A stretch of 64,000 bases of DNA from the human T2T-CHM13v2.0 reference genome, Homo sapiens: assembly GCF_009914755.1 (NCBI RefSeq), contig NC_060935.1. One strand, written 5' to 3'. How positions within the stretch are numbered: position 1 is the stretch's first letter; every line of letters begins with the position of its first letter. The notes below the pieces were generated by a model, which worked only from the letters and a program-made list of their open reading frames with translations, had not been told where the DNA came from and made no database searches. Position numbers and translations under genes: made by a program. Shown here piece after piece: positions 1-12,912 of this stretch.

Positions 1-474
1 ATCTGTAATGGGCTTAAGTTATTCATGGTAGTGGGAAGATATTTTAATAACGATCAGTGGGTGATTGATTTCTGGTTCAATACCTTTCTCAGTTGAAATG
101 ACAAATCAAATTAGAGTTTTACCTCAAGTGCCATTTGAAAATGAATAAAATATAATCGATATGACATGAAAGGAGATATTCATTATTGAAAGTTGTATTC
201 TGACCCAGAGAAAACACTAACTGCTATACCCGTATTACTAACTTCCAGCATGAGCTATTTTTAAAGTTTTAATAAACTGAAGAGAATCATCTTGCCTCAA
301 AAACATGTGGAAAGGTAGAAAAAAATATGTGTATTGTTATATATATACACACATGCATATATGTGTATTTATGCATTCTATAATTCAGCTCATGGCCCCT
401 CCAGTGGGGCAGAGATCCTAAAGCTTTGGTGGGTGACAGAATCTCTTGCAAAGCTGCTTAAAAGTGAACATTTT

Positions 475-528
475 GGCCAGGAACAGTTATTCATGCCTGT
501 AATTCCAGCACTTTGGGAGGCTGAGGCA
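475..528 (+). mobile_element. Alu 5' stub (first ~54 nt only)
   Basis: GGCCAGGAACAG...CATGCCTGTAATTCCAGCACTTTGGGAGGCTGAGGCA, then an abrupt switch to TA/TG low-complexity sequence. Confidence 0.85.
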
Positions 529-668
529 TATGTATGTATGTGAATACATATGTGCCATATAAAGGTTTAAATACACATATATGTGTATATATGTGTATAT
601 ACACTTATGTGCCATATATGAGGTTCATATATACACATATAATGTGTATATATGCGTGTGTGTGAATA
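529..668. repeat. (TA)n/(TG)n-rich low-complexity tract
   Basis: Degenerate TATG/TATA/CACA runs. Confidence 0.85.
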
Positions 669-735
669 TAGTTATGTGTCCCATAACAATGTTTTGGTCA
701 ACAACAAATCCCGTATACAATGGTGGTCTCATAAT
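669..735. mobile_element. Tigger3/Golem (TcMar-Tigger) terminal fragment
   Basis: AGTTATGTGTCCCATAACAATGTTTTGGTCAACAACAAATCCCGTATACAATGGTGGTCTCATAAT resembles the CpG-decayed Tigger3 terminus as I recall it. Confidence 0.65.
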
Positions 736-737
736 GG

Positions 738-783
738 TGTGTCTGTGTGTGTGTGTGTGTGTGTGTGTATGGTGTGTGTGTGT
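738..783. repeat. (TG)n microsatellite
   Basis: Interrupted TG dinucleotide run. Confidence 0.95.
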
Positions 784-1133
784 TAAATAAATGCTACTCT
801 TGAAAAACATAATAAAGTCAGTATTCCTGTGGCCAAGTAACCATTTGAAGAAATATTTGTCCTTTGTTTGGTGCAAAGGACCAAATGATGTTTATACTTT
901 TTTTCAGAGAATACTACACACTTTACACATCTCAGCATGAAATTAGTATCACAAAATCTTTCTATTTATTTACAGTTTTATTTAACTGCCTGATTTGTCC
1001 AAAATATTCTCAAAGAAGTGAGCAAATAGAAATGATAGTGTTTGTTGTCTATAAAACCTTTTTGTAAATGAGCAATGATCATTACACTGTTTCTACTATT
1101 AACTTAAACAAGAACATTTGTCAGATTTGTTCA

Positions 1134-1476
<343 letters not shown>

Positions 1477-1585
1477 AACCCACAAATACTGTTTTTGAAT
1501 ACCACCTGAGGAGGACCAGACCCATGTATAGATATTGGGGTTACATCAGTGAGAACCCTGATTATTTTGAGTTTCTTATCTGATG

Positions 1586-1765
1586 CAGTGGATTTCAAAC
1601 CTGTTTAAATATTGGAAACGTCCAACGGATTTAAGAAGTACCAAAATCTGAGTCCCATTCCAGGCCAAAAAAATAGAAATATCTGGGGATAGGACTCCAA
1701 CATTTGAGTAGTTTTAAAGGATCTCCAGATGATATCAGTATGGTGCCCAAGTTTACAACTGCTTG
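1586..1765. mobile_element. MER5A-like hAT-Charlie MITE
   Basis: CAGTGGATTTCAAAC start, TCTGGGGATAGG core, CTCCAGATGAT...CCAAGTTTACAACTGC end. Confidence 0.65.
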
Positions 1766-2550
1766 TCCAAAAAGTGACATATACCAGCAAATAAAAAAAT
1801 TTCTTCAGCTGAGCTAAGCCTAGGGAAAAAAAAACAAACCAAATTTCTAATCACTGCGGTAAGTGCTACAATATAAAATTCCCTGGAGCCAACAGGGACA
1901 AGAGGATCATTAGGTGAGGGAATGGGGGGAAGAGACATAGTTTCAAAAGTCTTCTCACAGGAAATATCAATTAAACTAGGATCTGAAGAATAAAAGAAGT
2001 TGGTGAAAGTCAATGGAGATGATTTATTCAGATTTTTTTAAGTATATGTAAAGTCCAGGAGTTAAAAGATAGCATGGCTTATTTTAGGATGTAATAGTAT
2101 TTTAATGCAATTGGCATTGAACTTGAAAAGGAGAAAGAAATGGCTGTATGCAGAAGGCCTTATAAGCCATGTTAAGAAAAATGAACTCCATCTTAAGAGC
2201 AATGGAGAAGAAGAACTTCATAATTTTCAAGATTAGTCAGAAGTTGTCTTTTGCCTTTCTCACAGTACTTTTTATATATTTAGAATGGTCTTTTCTACTT
2301 AATTTTAATGTATGTGGCATAGTGTCTCTATTATCAGCAGAAATGCACAGTCAAGTTTCTTGAATAAAAACTTTCTAGGACTCCTATTATTAATGAATCT
2401 AACAATTTTAATGGTTTTCTTAGAGCTCATATTTTTAGCTTTAGGGCAGTGGTTCTCAAGCTTTTTTCAGGTCCAACATGTTAGAAGTAATGACTAATTA
2501 TAGCAATTATTTTCAAGAAAAGGGGCAGAAGAAGGGACTAAACAGCTCAC

Positions 2551-2616
2551 CTGGGTAATGGTGGCTGCTGTAGCTTGAAAGTGATCCACCCATCTTCATC
2601 TGATGCTCCTCGAGGG
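2551..2616 (-). other. Candidate spliced exon, 66 nt (probably non-coding)
   Basis: Minus strand: TTTTTCTCTCAG| acceptor and CAG|GTGAGC donor in unique, GC-richer sequence. Confidence 0.35.
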
Positions 2617-3510
2617 CTGAGAGAAAAATCGTAGTCTCCCTTTAAAAACAAACAAACAAACAAACAAATCAACACAAAAAACTGCAAGCTCTTGAAATTA
2701 GAATTAGGGGTTTAAAAATTGCCTTCAAAATTTACAAATGCCTCGGGAAAAATCATATTTACATCCTTGGTATGAGAGTACAATAATCAGCGAAACTTGG
2801 TTCAAGTGTCCTATGCTTGACCTAATGACCTTAAAGCCAGGAAAGATAATAGCATCCTTCCAGAACGTGTTGCTAAGGCTGAGAAAGAAGTTGTACCCTA
2901 GAGGAAGCATAGATACAAACACTGAGAGGACTGAATGGCACGCAGCACCCCCACATTTTGGCTTCTACAGAAAATAATTATGACCTAGAAGTGAAATCTG
3001 CTGGACAGAAATTGGCTAGACCCAAACTCATGGGGAAGCACGGACAGATGCAGACGCAGAGAGAAAAGTGAAAATATCATTAAAGAGGCCTTTGTTGTTA
3101 AATAAAGATTAAGAACTGCCACTCTACCGCACAATTTGACAGCCTCCAATTTAAAATGTGATTTACAGTCACAATAGTTCCTATTTTCTTTCTTGCATTT
3201 TGTGACCAAAGAAAACAAATACCTGTGTGTGCTTTTACGAGACTTATTTGTTCTTTTTCTCCACATCCACTCGCCCTCTCTTGTATGATATTATGAATAA
3301 TCCAGTGCCATGACTTGAACTCCTGAGACTTATGACACAATCAGAGACAGGTGATCTGGAAATATCCTATTTGGTTTCTTCACTGTCCTTTAATGTTTTC
3401 TTATGGGAGGAGAGGTTCTTCCGTTTTTGACAGAACTCAGTAACACGTGTTTCATTCGCACACAAGTCAGAGGAGCCAGGCAAAGCACATCTCACTAGTG
3501 TCTCTAAATA

Positions 3511-3512
<2 letters not shown>

Positions 3513-3548
<36 letters not shown>

Positions 3549-3824
3549 CAGAGTCTCGCTCTGTCTCCCAGGCTGGAGTGCAGTAGCCTGATCTCGGCTC
3601 ACTGCAACCTCCGCCTCCCAGGTTCAAACAATTCTCCTGCCTCAGCCTCCTGAGTAGCTGGGACTACAGCCGTCCACCACGACGGCCGGCTAATTTTTGT
3701 ATTTTTAGTAGAGACAGGGTTTCACCATATTGGCCAGCCTGGTCTTGAACTCCTGACCTTGTGATCCGCCTGCCTTGGCCTCCCAAAGTGCTGGGATAAC
3801 AGGCAGGAGCCACCACGCCTGGCC
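3513..3824 (-). mobile_element. AluS (Sg/Sc-like), full length
   Basis: Poly-T then reverse Alu; TSD TCTAAATAA(G/C)TTTT on both sides. Confidence 0.95.
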
Positions 3825-5419
3825 TCTAAATAACTTTTATTTCACTAAATATATTGTTATGAAAATGAAGTGGCTATCATTTTTATCAGTAGTCTCTTTT
3901 GTATGTGAATATTTAAAGCTCTCAAAGAAATAGGAAGAAAAGACCAAAAGAAATGATGAGTTACTAGCTTTGTTTCTCTGACAGACTGGTCCCATATGTC
4001 TATGGTTATGTGATGAACAGAAGAAAAAGGAAAGAAATACAAAATATTTTAGAAATTGGTTTGCTAATGATAGCATGTACTACACAGAAAATATTGAGAC
4101 ATAGACTGTCCCTAATCTCTAGTTAAGTTGTTGGTTGTTTTCAGATTCTGAGTGATCCTCTATATGAACAGTGATGCCATAGTGGCAAGCAAGTTATTAA
4201 AGGGACTCGATACCTGCTCGTGGTTGATACTCATTTAGTTTTCATATATTTAGGTTGAGAAGCTGCTTTTTTTTTTTCTTTTGGCATTAAACTCACATAA
4301 CTATAGAAATTATGTTTGTATTCTGAGGAGTACCTATAATTTATTTAAAATATTTTTGTAATTTCCCATGGCTATTATAATTTTTAAAGTATGCTATTAA
4401 GAAATGCTTGTCTTAACAGGGCAGAAGCTGCTTTACCCTGGGTTTTTCCACATGGAGGATTATCTGATGATAATGACACATTTCCCACAGTGGCAGGGAA
4501 GCTACTAGAGACACAGAAGGCCTGCACAGATGTCAGGACTGCTGGGTACAGCACTGCCATGGTTGATGCACTCAGAGTTTAAAGTCTCTTTAAATTTCTT
4601 TCACATAAAAGAAGAAATTTGAAGTTCAGCCTCCAAGAAAGAGTATTAAAAAGACCAGGAGGGTTTTATCCAAGTTCCACGGGTGATAAAACACATCAGT
4701 CTGAAACATTACTAGTGCGTTGCTGATTCCCTAGTCATTCTTCCATTTGCTGTAGCTGAACAATGATAGCACTGTTCCATCAAGGGAAAATGATCCCTCC
4801 TCCTTTCAAAAAGCTTTTTACAAGGCAAAGCTATAAAGTGCTAGATTTATTAACAATTTCCATTTCAAGAGAGACACTGTTTGTACGGCCGTAAAGCTGT
4901 GCTTTAATGCAAGCCTGTTTTCCTAATGCCTTCACAACTCCTGTAAATAATGCATCCCTTGGTGGCATCCTTCACTTTTAAACAATTTGGGCAAACTGGT
5001 TCAAGTTGTAAAAATACAAATATACTTTCTGTAATATAATAATAGTTTTGCAAACACTCTGGAATTTGCCAATTTACTTTTCTAGATCTGATTGATATTT
5101 GATTGCCAAAATGGGAAAAAAATGTACTTAGGTGAATTTCACCCCCAACCGAGGGACTCAGGACACCAGAAAAGTGAAGACATATTCCAGGAAATTTTGA
5201 GCAATGATAAAACTGGTCCGTGGTGTTTGTTGACAAGAGAAAAAGTGCATCCAAGTTCTATAAACTGAAAGTGTCACGAGAAACTTCTTTATCTCAGTTC
5301 CCTATGTTGGATCTGTCAATTCAACCAGGTTTTATTGAACTATTCTAATTATCTTAAAGAAACCTGATTAAACTTTATTCTATTCTTGAATAGTCCTTCC
5401 CCTTTACTATATGTTTGCT

Positions 5420-6002
5420 TTTAAAAAAATTAATTGACAAATAATAATTGTATATATGGAATACAATGTGATGTTTTGATATGTCTACTCTGTGGAATGA
5501 TTAAATCAAGCTAATTACCATATCTATCACCTCCCATACTTAATTTTTGTGGTGAGAAAATTCAAAGTCTACCCCCCTAACACTTTTATATAAATTATTA
5601 TTAATATGTTTGCCTTTTAAAAAATACTATTAAATGGCAATGTATTGATTAAAAAATAAAAATCATTCAATTCTCAAAGTGTTTACTATTGGGCAGATAA
5701 TAAATGTTTGTTTGTTTGTTTTTGTAAAGCACCAGAAAATTATTTTATGGTAAGCTATGTAAAAGGAAAGTAAGAGTCTTGAAAAATGTCTTTCCTCTAG
5801 TAGTTATCATTTTGTAGTGAAAACCTTTTGCATTCACTCTCTTAGCATTTTTTCAAGAATACAAATATTGTTAACTTTAGTCACTGTGTTGTGCAAGAGA
5901 TCTCCCAAACTTATTTCTCTATCTAACTGAAACCTTGCATCTTTTGATCAACATCAACGTCTTCTCAACCCCTGAAACACCCCCGCCCCACCCCTCACTG
6001 CC
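5420..6002 (-). mobile_element. L1MA-type 3' UTR fragments (two pieces, ~5420-5590 and ~5800-6002)
   Basis: AATTGACAAATAATAATTGTATAT...TGTGGAATGATTAAATCAAGCTAATT and TAGTCACTGTGTTGTGCAAGAGATCTC...TCTAACTGAAAC are L1MA 3'-end motifs; ends in a C-rich tract. Confidence 0.75.
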
Positions 6003-6292
6003 AGTCTCAAAAGTAATGTAATCCAGCTTGGATTTGGTGATTTGGACTTGAACTGGATTGAAATCACCAATCCAGCTTGGATTAGTGATTTGGACTTCAA
6101 CTGAGGGGAAATTATAGGTGTTATATTTTATTCATAAACCAGTAATTTTATAGTAATGTGTTAACAAAGGAGAAAAATAAATGGTCCAGTGAAAAATTGA
6201 GTTATGGTTAGATTGCATAGGAATGTAATCAATAAAGTATGACATAGTAGAGAGAGAAAATTTGTAAGAAAAAGGTCATAATGCAGAACTCT

Positions 6293-7525
6293 TGTATTTA
6301 GTTAAGTATCATTTGAGGCTCTTTTTGTTGAAAATGGCAGACAAACCAGTATACAATAGCTTAGGCAATAAAGATGACTTATTGGCTCATATAACTGGAA
6401 GATCCAGAATAAGAAGGAGTTTTAGCTCAAGGATGTCATCAGAGATCCCATTTTCCCATCTTTCCACAGTGCATCCTGTATATATGGAATTCCATATATG
6501 GATTGTATATATGGAATTGTACATCCTACAAGATCTTTAGACAGTCTTCCTCATGTTGTCAAAATGACTACATAAATTTGAAACCCCATTCATAGCTATG
6601 CATTTCCTGTATAACTATTTGGAAAGACTTAGAGAAATTTATGACCTGGAGTCCTCAGTATATTTCCCTTGGGTGAAAGTTACGTGGCTGTCCCTAAAGA
6701 AATCTCTGAAGACAAAGATCAACGGCATATACTGATCTACTCAAGCCCGTTTTTCTGAACCAAATTCCAAATTCCATGGAGAAGGAGTTAGGATTGCTCT
6801 TATTGGACTTCACTAGAGCAGGGCCCACCTCCAACCTGGGTAATGTCAGGTTCCCCTGAAGCACATCTGTTACAGGAAAGGGGTCCTGATCCAGACCCAA
6901 GAGAGGGTTCTTGGATCTCACACAAGAAAGAATTCAGGATGAGTCCACAGTGCAAAGCAAAAACAAATTTATTAAGAAAGTAAAGGAATAAAGAATGGCT
7001 ACTCCATGGACAGAGCAGCCCGAGGGCTGCGGGTTGCCCATTTTTATAGTTATTTCTTGAACATATGCTAAACAAGGAGTGGATTATTCATGGCTCCTCT
7101 TTTTAGACCATCTAGAGTAACTTCCTGACATTGCCATGGCATTTGTAAACTGTCGTGACACCGGTGGGAGTGTAGCAGTGAGGATGGCCAGAAGTCACTC
7201 TCATGGCCATCTTGGTTTCGGTGGGTTTTAGCCGGCTTCTTTAATGCAACTTGTTTTATCAACAAGGTCTTTATGACCTGTATCTTGTGCTGACCTCCTA
7301 TCTCATCCTGTGACTTAGAATGCCTTAACCATCTGGGAATGCAGCCCAGTGGGTCTCAACCTCATTTTACCCAGCTCCTATTCAAGATGGAGTTGCTCTG
7401 GTTCACACACCTCTGACACTTCAGTAGTGTGGAAAAAGGAAAAATAATTGAACAAAAATCTCAGCACTTAGGAGCCAGATATAGGGAAACAGAGGATGAC
7501 TAAGCAATCAACAAATAACCTCCAT
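6293..7525 (-). mobile_element. MLT1 (MLT1K/L-like) MaLR LTR, split by MER41A
   Basis: TGTATTTAGTT...GCTTAGGCAATAAAG..TTATTGGCTCATATAACTGGAAGATCCAG; continues after 7418. Confidence 0.65.
6868..7418 (-). mobile_element. MER41A solo LTR (ERV1)
   Basis: 551 bp with TG...CA termini; reverse strand begins TGTCAGAGGTGTGTGAACCAGAGCAACTCCATCTTGAATAGG and ends GGACCCCTTTCCTGTAACA; 4-bp TSD CATC/CTTC. Confidence 0.9.
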
Positions 7526-8507
7526 TCTAAGGCATTTCTCCTCAAGTTTATATAGTTTTTGCCATTTAAACAAAAAAACTTTTATTTAAAATTTATTGGA
7601 TTTGATTTGGCCAATTGTTTCTTTGCATTCATGTTTTTCTAGTTTCTGGTGAAAATTTCATTTATTTAATACTTGTTGGTCATTTTATAAAATGTTAATT
7701 ACTAGTAAAATTTTTCCAATTAGATATATGTTATCTCCCAGTCCATATATTTTCTTTCTAACCGCATATTCTCTCCTCATCTAAGCTCTGAATAGCAGGG
7801 AGGTTAATTAATAGAGGTTGATTTTATATACATCTATTTGCCATAGGAAACACCAAACTCATAAGAAATGGTAACAATTAATCAATGCTGTAGTTGTCCC
7901 ATAAAAATTCTATCCCCCCAAAATTTCATTTTCCCCCAGTTAAGACCAATATGTTGCCACATTATCTGTTTTCAGTACATACGTAGTCACACACCCACAG
8001 ATATTTCATTTTAGTTTTGCAAAGGGAAATTTTGATACCATACTGAAATGGTAGGAAATTTAGTTCCAAATCACTGGAGTTAAATAGTTGATAATTCCAC
8101 AAATCTCTTTTCATTATTAAACACCATTTCTACTAGCTGTATTTTAACTTTTAAATGATTTCAAACCATTTATTATAAGTAACAATATATAATCGCCTAT
8201 AGAAAGTTCATACTATCCAGCTAGAACTTGTTCAGCTATCAACCTGACACCTAGTAATCATGAAATGTCCATCCACTCAGTAGAAATACCCTTTCCCTAA
8301 CCAAAGGAAGTTTCTGTCTCCTCTTTTTTCTGGCTCCTGCTACTCAGTTGCTGAGCTTCCCCTGCCACAAGGACCCTCTGACTCCATCTTCCACCCTTCC
8401 TGCTCTCCTCTCTTTGACCTTATGCTGGGATATTTGTAGGTATATAGACATGTCAAGCCCTTTCAATCCTTGGCTTTTACCATGCTGTTGCCACTTTTTA
8501 GAGTAGT

Positions 8508-8684
8508 GAGTTGTTTTTAACCTTGGCTGCACATTGGAATCAGTTACAGAGGATTTTACATCTCAGTGGCCAACCAGCATTCAAGACAAATGAAATGAAA
8601 GTATCTGGGGGTGAGGTCCATGTATCAAAATTTTTTTTAAGCCTCCAGTTGATTCCAGTGTGCAGCCAGAATTGAGAACCCTCT
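8508..8684. mobile_element. MER5A
   Basis: AACCTTGGCTGCACATTGGAATCA ... TGATTCCAGTGTGCAGCCAGAATTGAGAACC inverted termini. Confidence 0.8.
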
Positions 8685-8801
8685 CTCTATTCTTACAACT
8701 CCTGATTCTCCTACATATATTTGTCTAAATATTATAGCACTCTGCAGAGAAACTTTTATTCCCTCTGCAGACTAGGTTTGGTTTTTTGAAAGATGCTTTC
8801 A

Positions 8802-9278
<477 letters not shown>

Positions 9279-9600
9279 CTATCTTAATGAAACCAGTGTG
9301 GAATCTACTGCCACATTGTAAACATGTACTTAAATTTCTATGTCAGTGAAAGAAAGAACACGAAACTTTTTACACCTGCTACTATACATACAGATTTGTT
9401 CATAGTCCTTAGGGCTAAATCTGCAGTTAGAATCATTTATAACCATACAAACTTGCCCAGTTTTCAACCACTTTCTATGATAGGAACAGATTTATCTCCT
9501 AATCTGCTTACACACAGACACAGACACACATACACAGTGCATAATACCCATTGAAATGCTCTGGGTACTGTGGAACACAGACCAGATTGCCTAGGACTAA

Positions 9601-9997
<397 letters not shown>

Positions 9998-10801
9998 TCC
10001 AGTCCTTATTTTCTATCCCAGGTTAAACACCTTTTAAATGGGATATGCAATGGAAATAACTAAATCTTTAAGAAAAATTCTACTTGTACCTGTATTGTGT
10101 ATAATCAGGTTCACATAATAGCTCAAAAGGAGCCTGTTCTAGATTTTTGAGTCTTATAACTTTAACTTTGCAGATAATGCGTAGTGCTGATTAACATAAA
10201 TGAATACTTTTTCCCTTTATAGATAAGAATCAGCATAGTGTAGACCTTACTTTCATATAACTCTGTCCTACCCACACAAACATGCACACAGGCACTCCCA
10301 AATGTGCAAATAAAACTGTGTTTTAAATCAGGTGGAATAACATTTGGTAAAAAAGTAGCAGAATGACTAACAGAATTATAAAATGTCGAAATATAGACAG
10401 ATGCAAATAAGAAGCTGGAATTTTCCCCAAGTGGTAGGAATAAAATCTGATTAGAGATTTAAATTAATTTGGAAACTTATGGTGAAGGGTTTCATTTAGT
10501 TATTTCTTAATGATTTCTTAATTAATAAAAATCACATTAACCAGAATTGGCCTTTCCTTTAATCGAATGTGAAAGTGTGATTACTTTTGGAATCAAGTTA
10601 AAATTTAATATTTAAGCTAGTTTATCATTCTCAACTCTTTGTCCAGTCCTCAATATGAGAATCTAAAGCATGCTTTAAATATCTAATTAGTTCTAATGCA
10701 TAGCACAATGCCTGACATATAGTAGGTATATGACATTGGTGAATGATTTAATACTTAAACAAAACAAAATTCTTGTTCTCAAATAAAAAATAAAATAAGC
10801 C

Positions 10802-11059
10802 TTTTGTTTTTGTCAGGGTCTCTGTTGCCCAGGTTCGAGAACAGTGGCACAATCATAGCTCACTGTAACCTTGAATTTCTGAGCTCAAGCAATCCTACTG
10901 CCTCAAACTACTGAGTAGCCAGGACTATGGGCATGTACCACTAAGCCCAGCTCATCTGTTTTTATTTTTCATAGAGATGGGGGTTGCCATATTGCCCACA
11001 CTGGTCTTGAACCCATGGCTCAAACTATCCTCCAGTCTCAGCCTCCTGAAGCACTGGGA
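10802..11059 (-). mobile_element. AluJ (old, diverged, 5' end missing)
   Basis: ATCATAGCTCACTGTAACCTTGAATTTCTGAGCTCAAGCAATCC AluJ pattern. Confidence 0.9.
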
Positions 11060-12719
11060 AAAACCTTTCTCTTTAAAAGAAAGACATACTTGTTATTCAT
11101 AAGAAAAAAGAAAGATTTTAAAACAAATATATCTTTACCTTATAATAAGTTGATGACATATATAAAGTATCTTACTAAAATGTTATAGTTTGACACAAAA
11201 CTTAAAATAGTTGGACTTCAGATTCACACCATATTATGTTGAGCTCAGAATTTTTATCCATTTGCGTACAAACTAATGAAATATGAATAATTAAAGAATA
11301 GTTTGTACATTGTACTAAATTCAATGTCTCTAAAATTTTCCTGTGTTATTCGTTCTTAAATAAACTGAAATAAGCCAATAAACTTCGAACATTCCTGGCT
11401 ACATTTTCAGATTTCTAAGATGTTTCTGAAGTCATCTTTCCTGATATAATTATATTGTAATAAAGTACCCATCATATCATAAATTGTTATTTTAATGATA
11501 CTAACATAGGCATTTAATTATTAAGTAATCCTAAAGCTGACATTAAAATTACTATGAAATTGTTAGTTTCAAAATAGTAAATAAAACAACTTTTATATTT
11601 TTTAATGTTTTTATTATAGTTTCTTTGTACCAGTAATTATTGAAATATTCTAATAACTCAAAAATGATTTTAACTAAATAACTTCACTTTTAAAAGAAAT
11701 CTAACAACTTAATTCAACCAAAGTAAATAACACCTTTTGTATTATTACTCCTAGATGTTGTTTAAGTCTTTAAAACAATTTCTAAAACTCCAAGTTTATT
11801 TAATTTTTTCTACAATGTGAAAGGTAAAGTCTCTTATCTAAAACCTGTAAAAAACAAGTTTAATATTGGTTTTTTAAAAGCCTTACTCTCAAATCTGGTT
11901 CTTGAACTGTTAATCGTAAAAATAGCATGACTATGTGAAAATACTAGATTGTTCTTTTAATTATAACTCTGAACTATATTGTAAATCCATTTGTTAGCTT
12001 TCTTCTTCTTTGTCATCTAATTCCATTTCTAGCACTTAGCATAGTGTGGAGAGAGTTTTAGGTCGTTAGTAAACAAAAGAATGAGCAAACTAATAGATGG
12101 GCATGAAAAGCACTAAATTTATGTCTTGCTGCTGTCATATAGTAGCTAAGATTCTGATCTCATCACATATGTGGACACACAAGCTTTCGCTAAGATATAT
12201 ACAGCATTGTTTGGTTTACAATATTCTTTTACCTATAGTATTGAAGTTGATGCTCAGAGGAGCTATGTGGAAATGGCCGGAAGGAAAATTATTATCCACA
12301 ATTCATAATATAGAAAGGTGAAGGTAGGGCATTAAGCCTCAGTTTTATGTTGAATTGAGATGATATTATTTATAGCTGAACTGTGGAAAGGAGTCAGTAA
12401 GAATTTAGTATAAGGGTATTTGGTCCAAAATTGCTTTCTTCTGATCACATAAAAACATTTTTGTATAAATTTTTGTTTCCCTGGGATACCCTTGTCATAT
12501 TAGGTATAAGGGCACAAGAGTCAGAATATTTATGTTAATCATATGCTGATTACCTGCATGACTTTCCCACCTGTATACTGTCCCTCAAAGAAAATCTCAA
12601 GAAGTAAAACAGAATTCTAAGGATAAAATGAAACAGCACAAGAAAATGTCATGTAAAGTAAAATACTCACAATGCTGAAATCATTTTTATTATTTGTTTT
12701 GTAACAAAATAATGTGGTT

Positions 12720-12912
12720 CAAATTCTTAGTTAATTGTCTGTGAGGTGTGTAGAACTTGGACTACCCTAAGGCTCAGTTTTATAAAATTTAAAAAGATAT
12801 TTGCGTGACTATTTAAAAAGTATGAAATAATATGTAATGCTTTTAGATCCCATGGCAGTATTTGTACTCAATAAATAATAAAATAATAAAAATAAAAATA
12901 AAAATAAAAAAC
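12720..12912 (+). mobile_element. MIR fragment followed by (AAAAT)n
   Basis: CTCAGTTT..TATAAAAT core and ACTCAATAAAT 3' end. Confidence 0.5.

Noticed and set aside
4391-4582. 63-aa ATG ORF with a possible acceptor (TCTTAACAG|G)
   Set aside because: No convincing donor and no recognisable homology.
4904-5254. 116-codon minus-strand ORF in non-repeat DNA
   Set aside because: Starts at TTG, has no recognisable domain and no clear splice context; plausible by chance.
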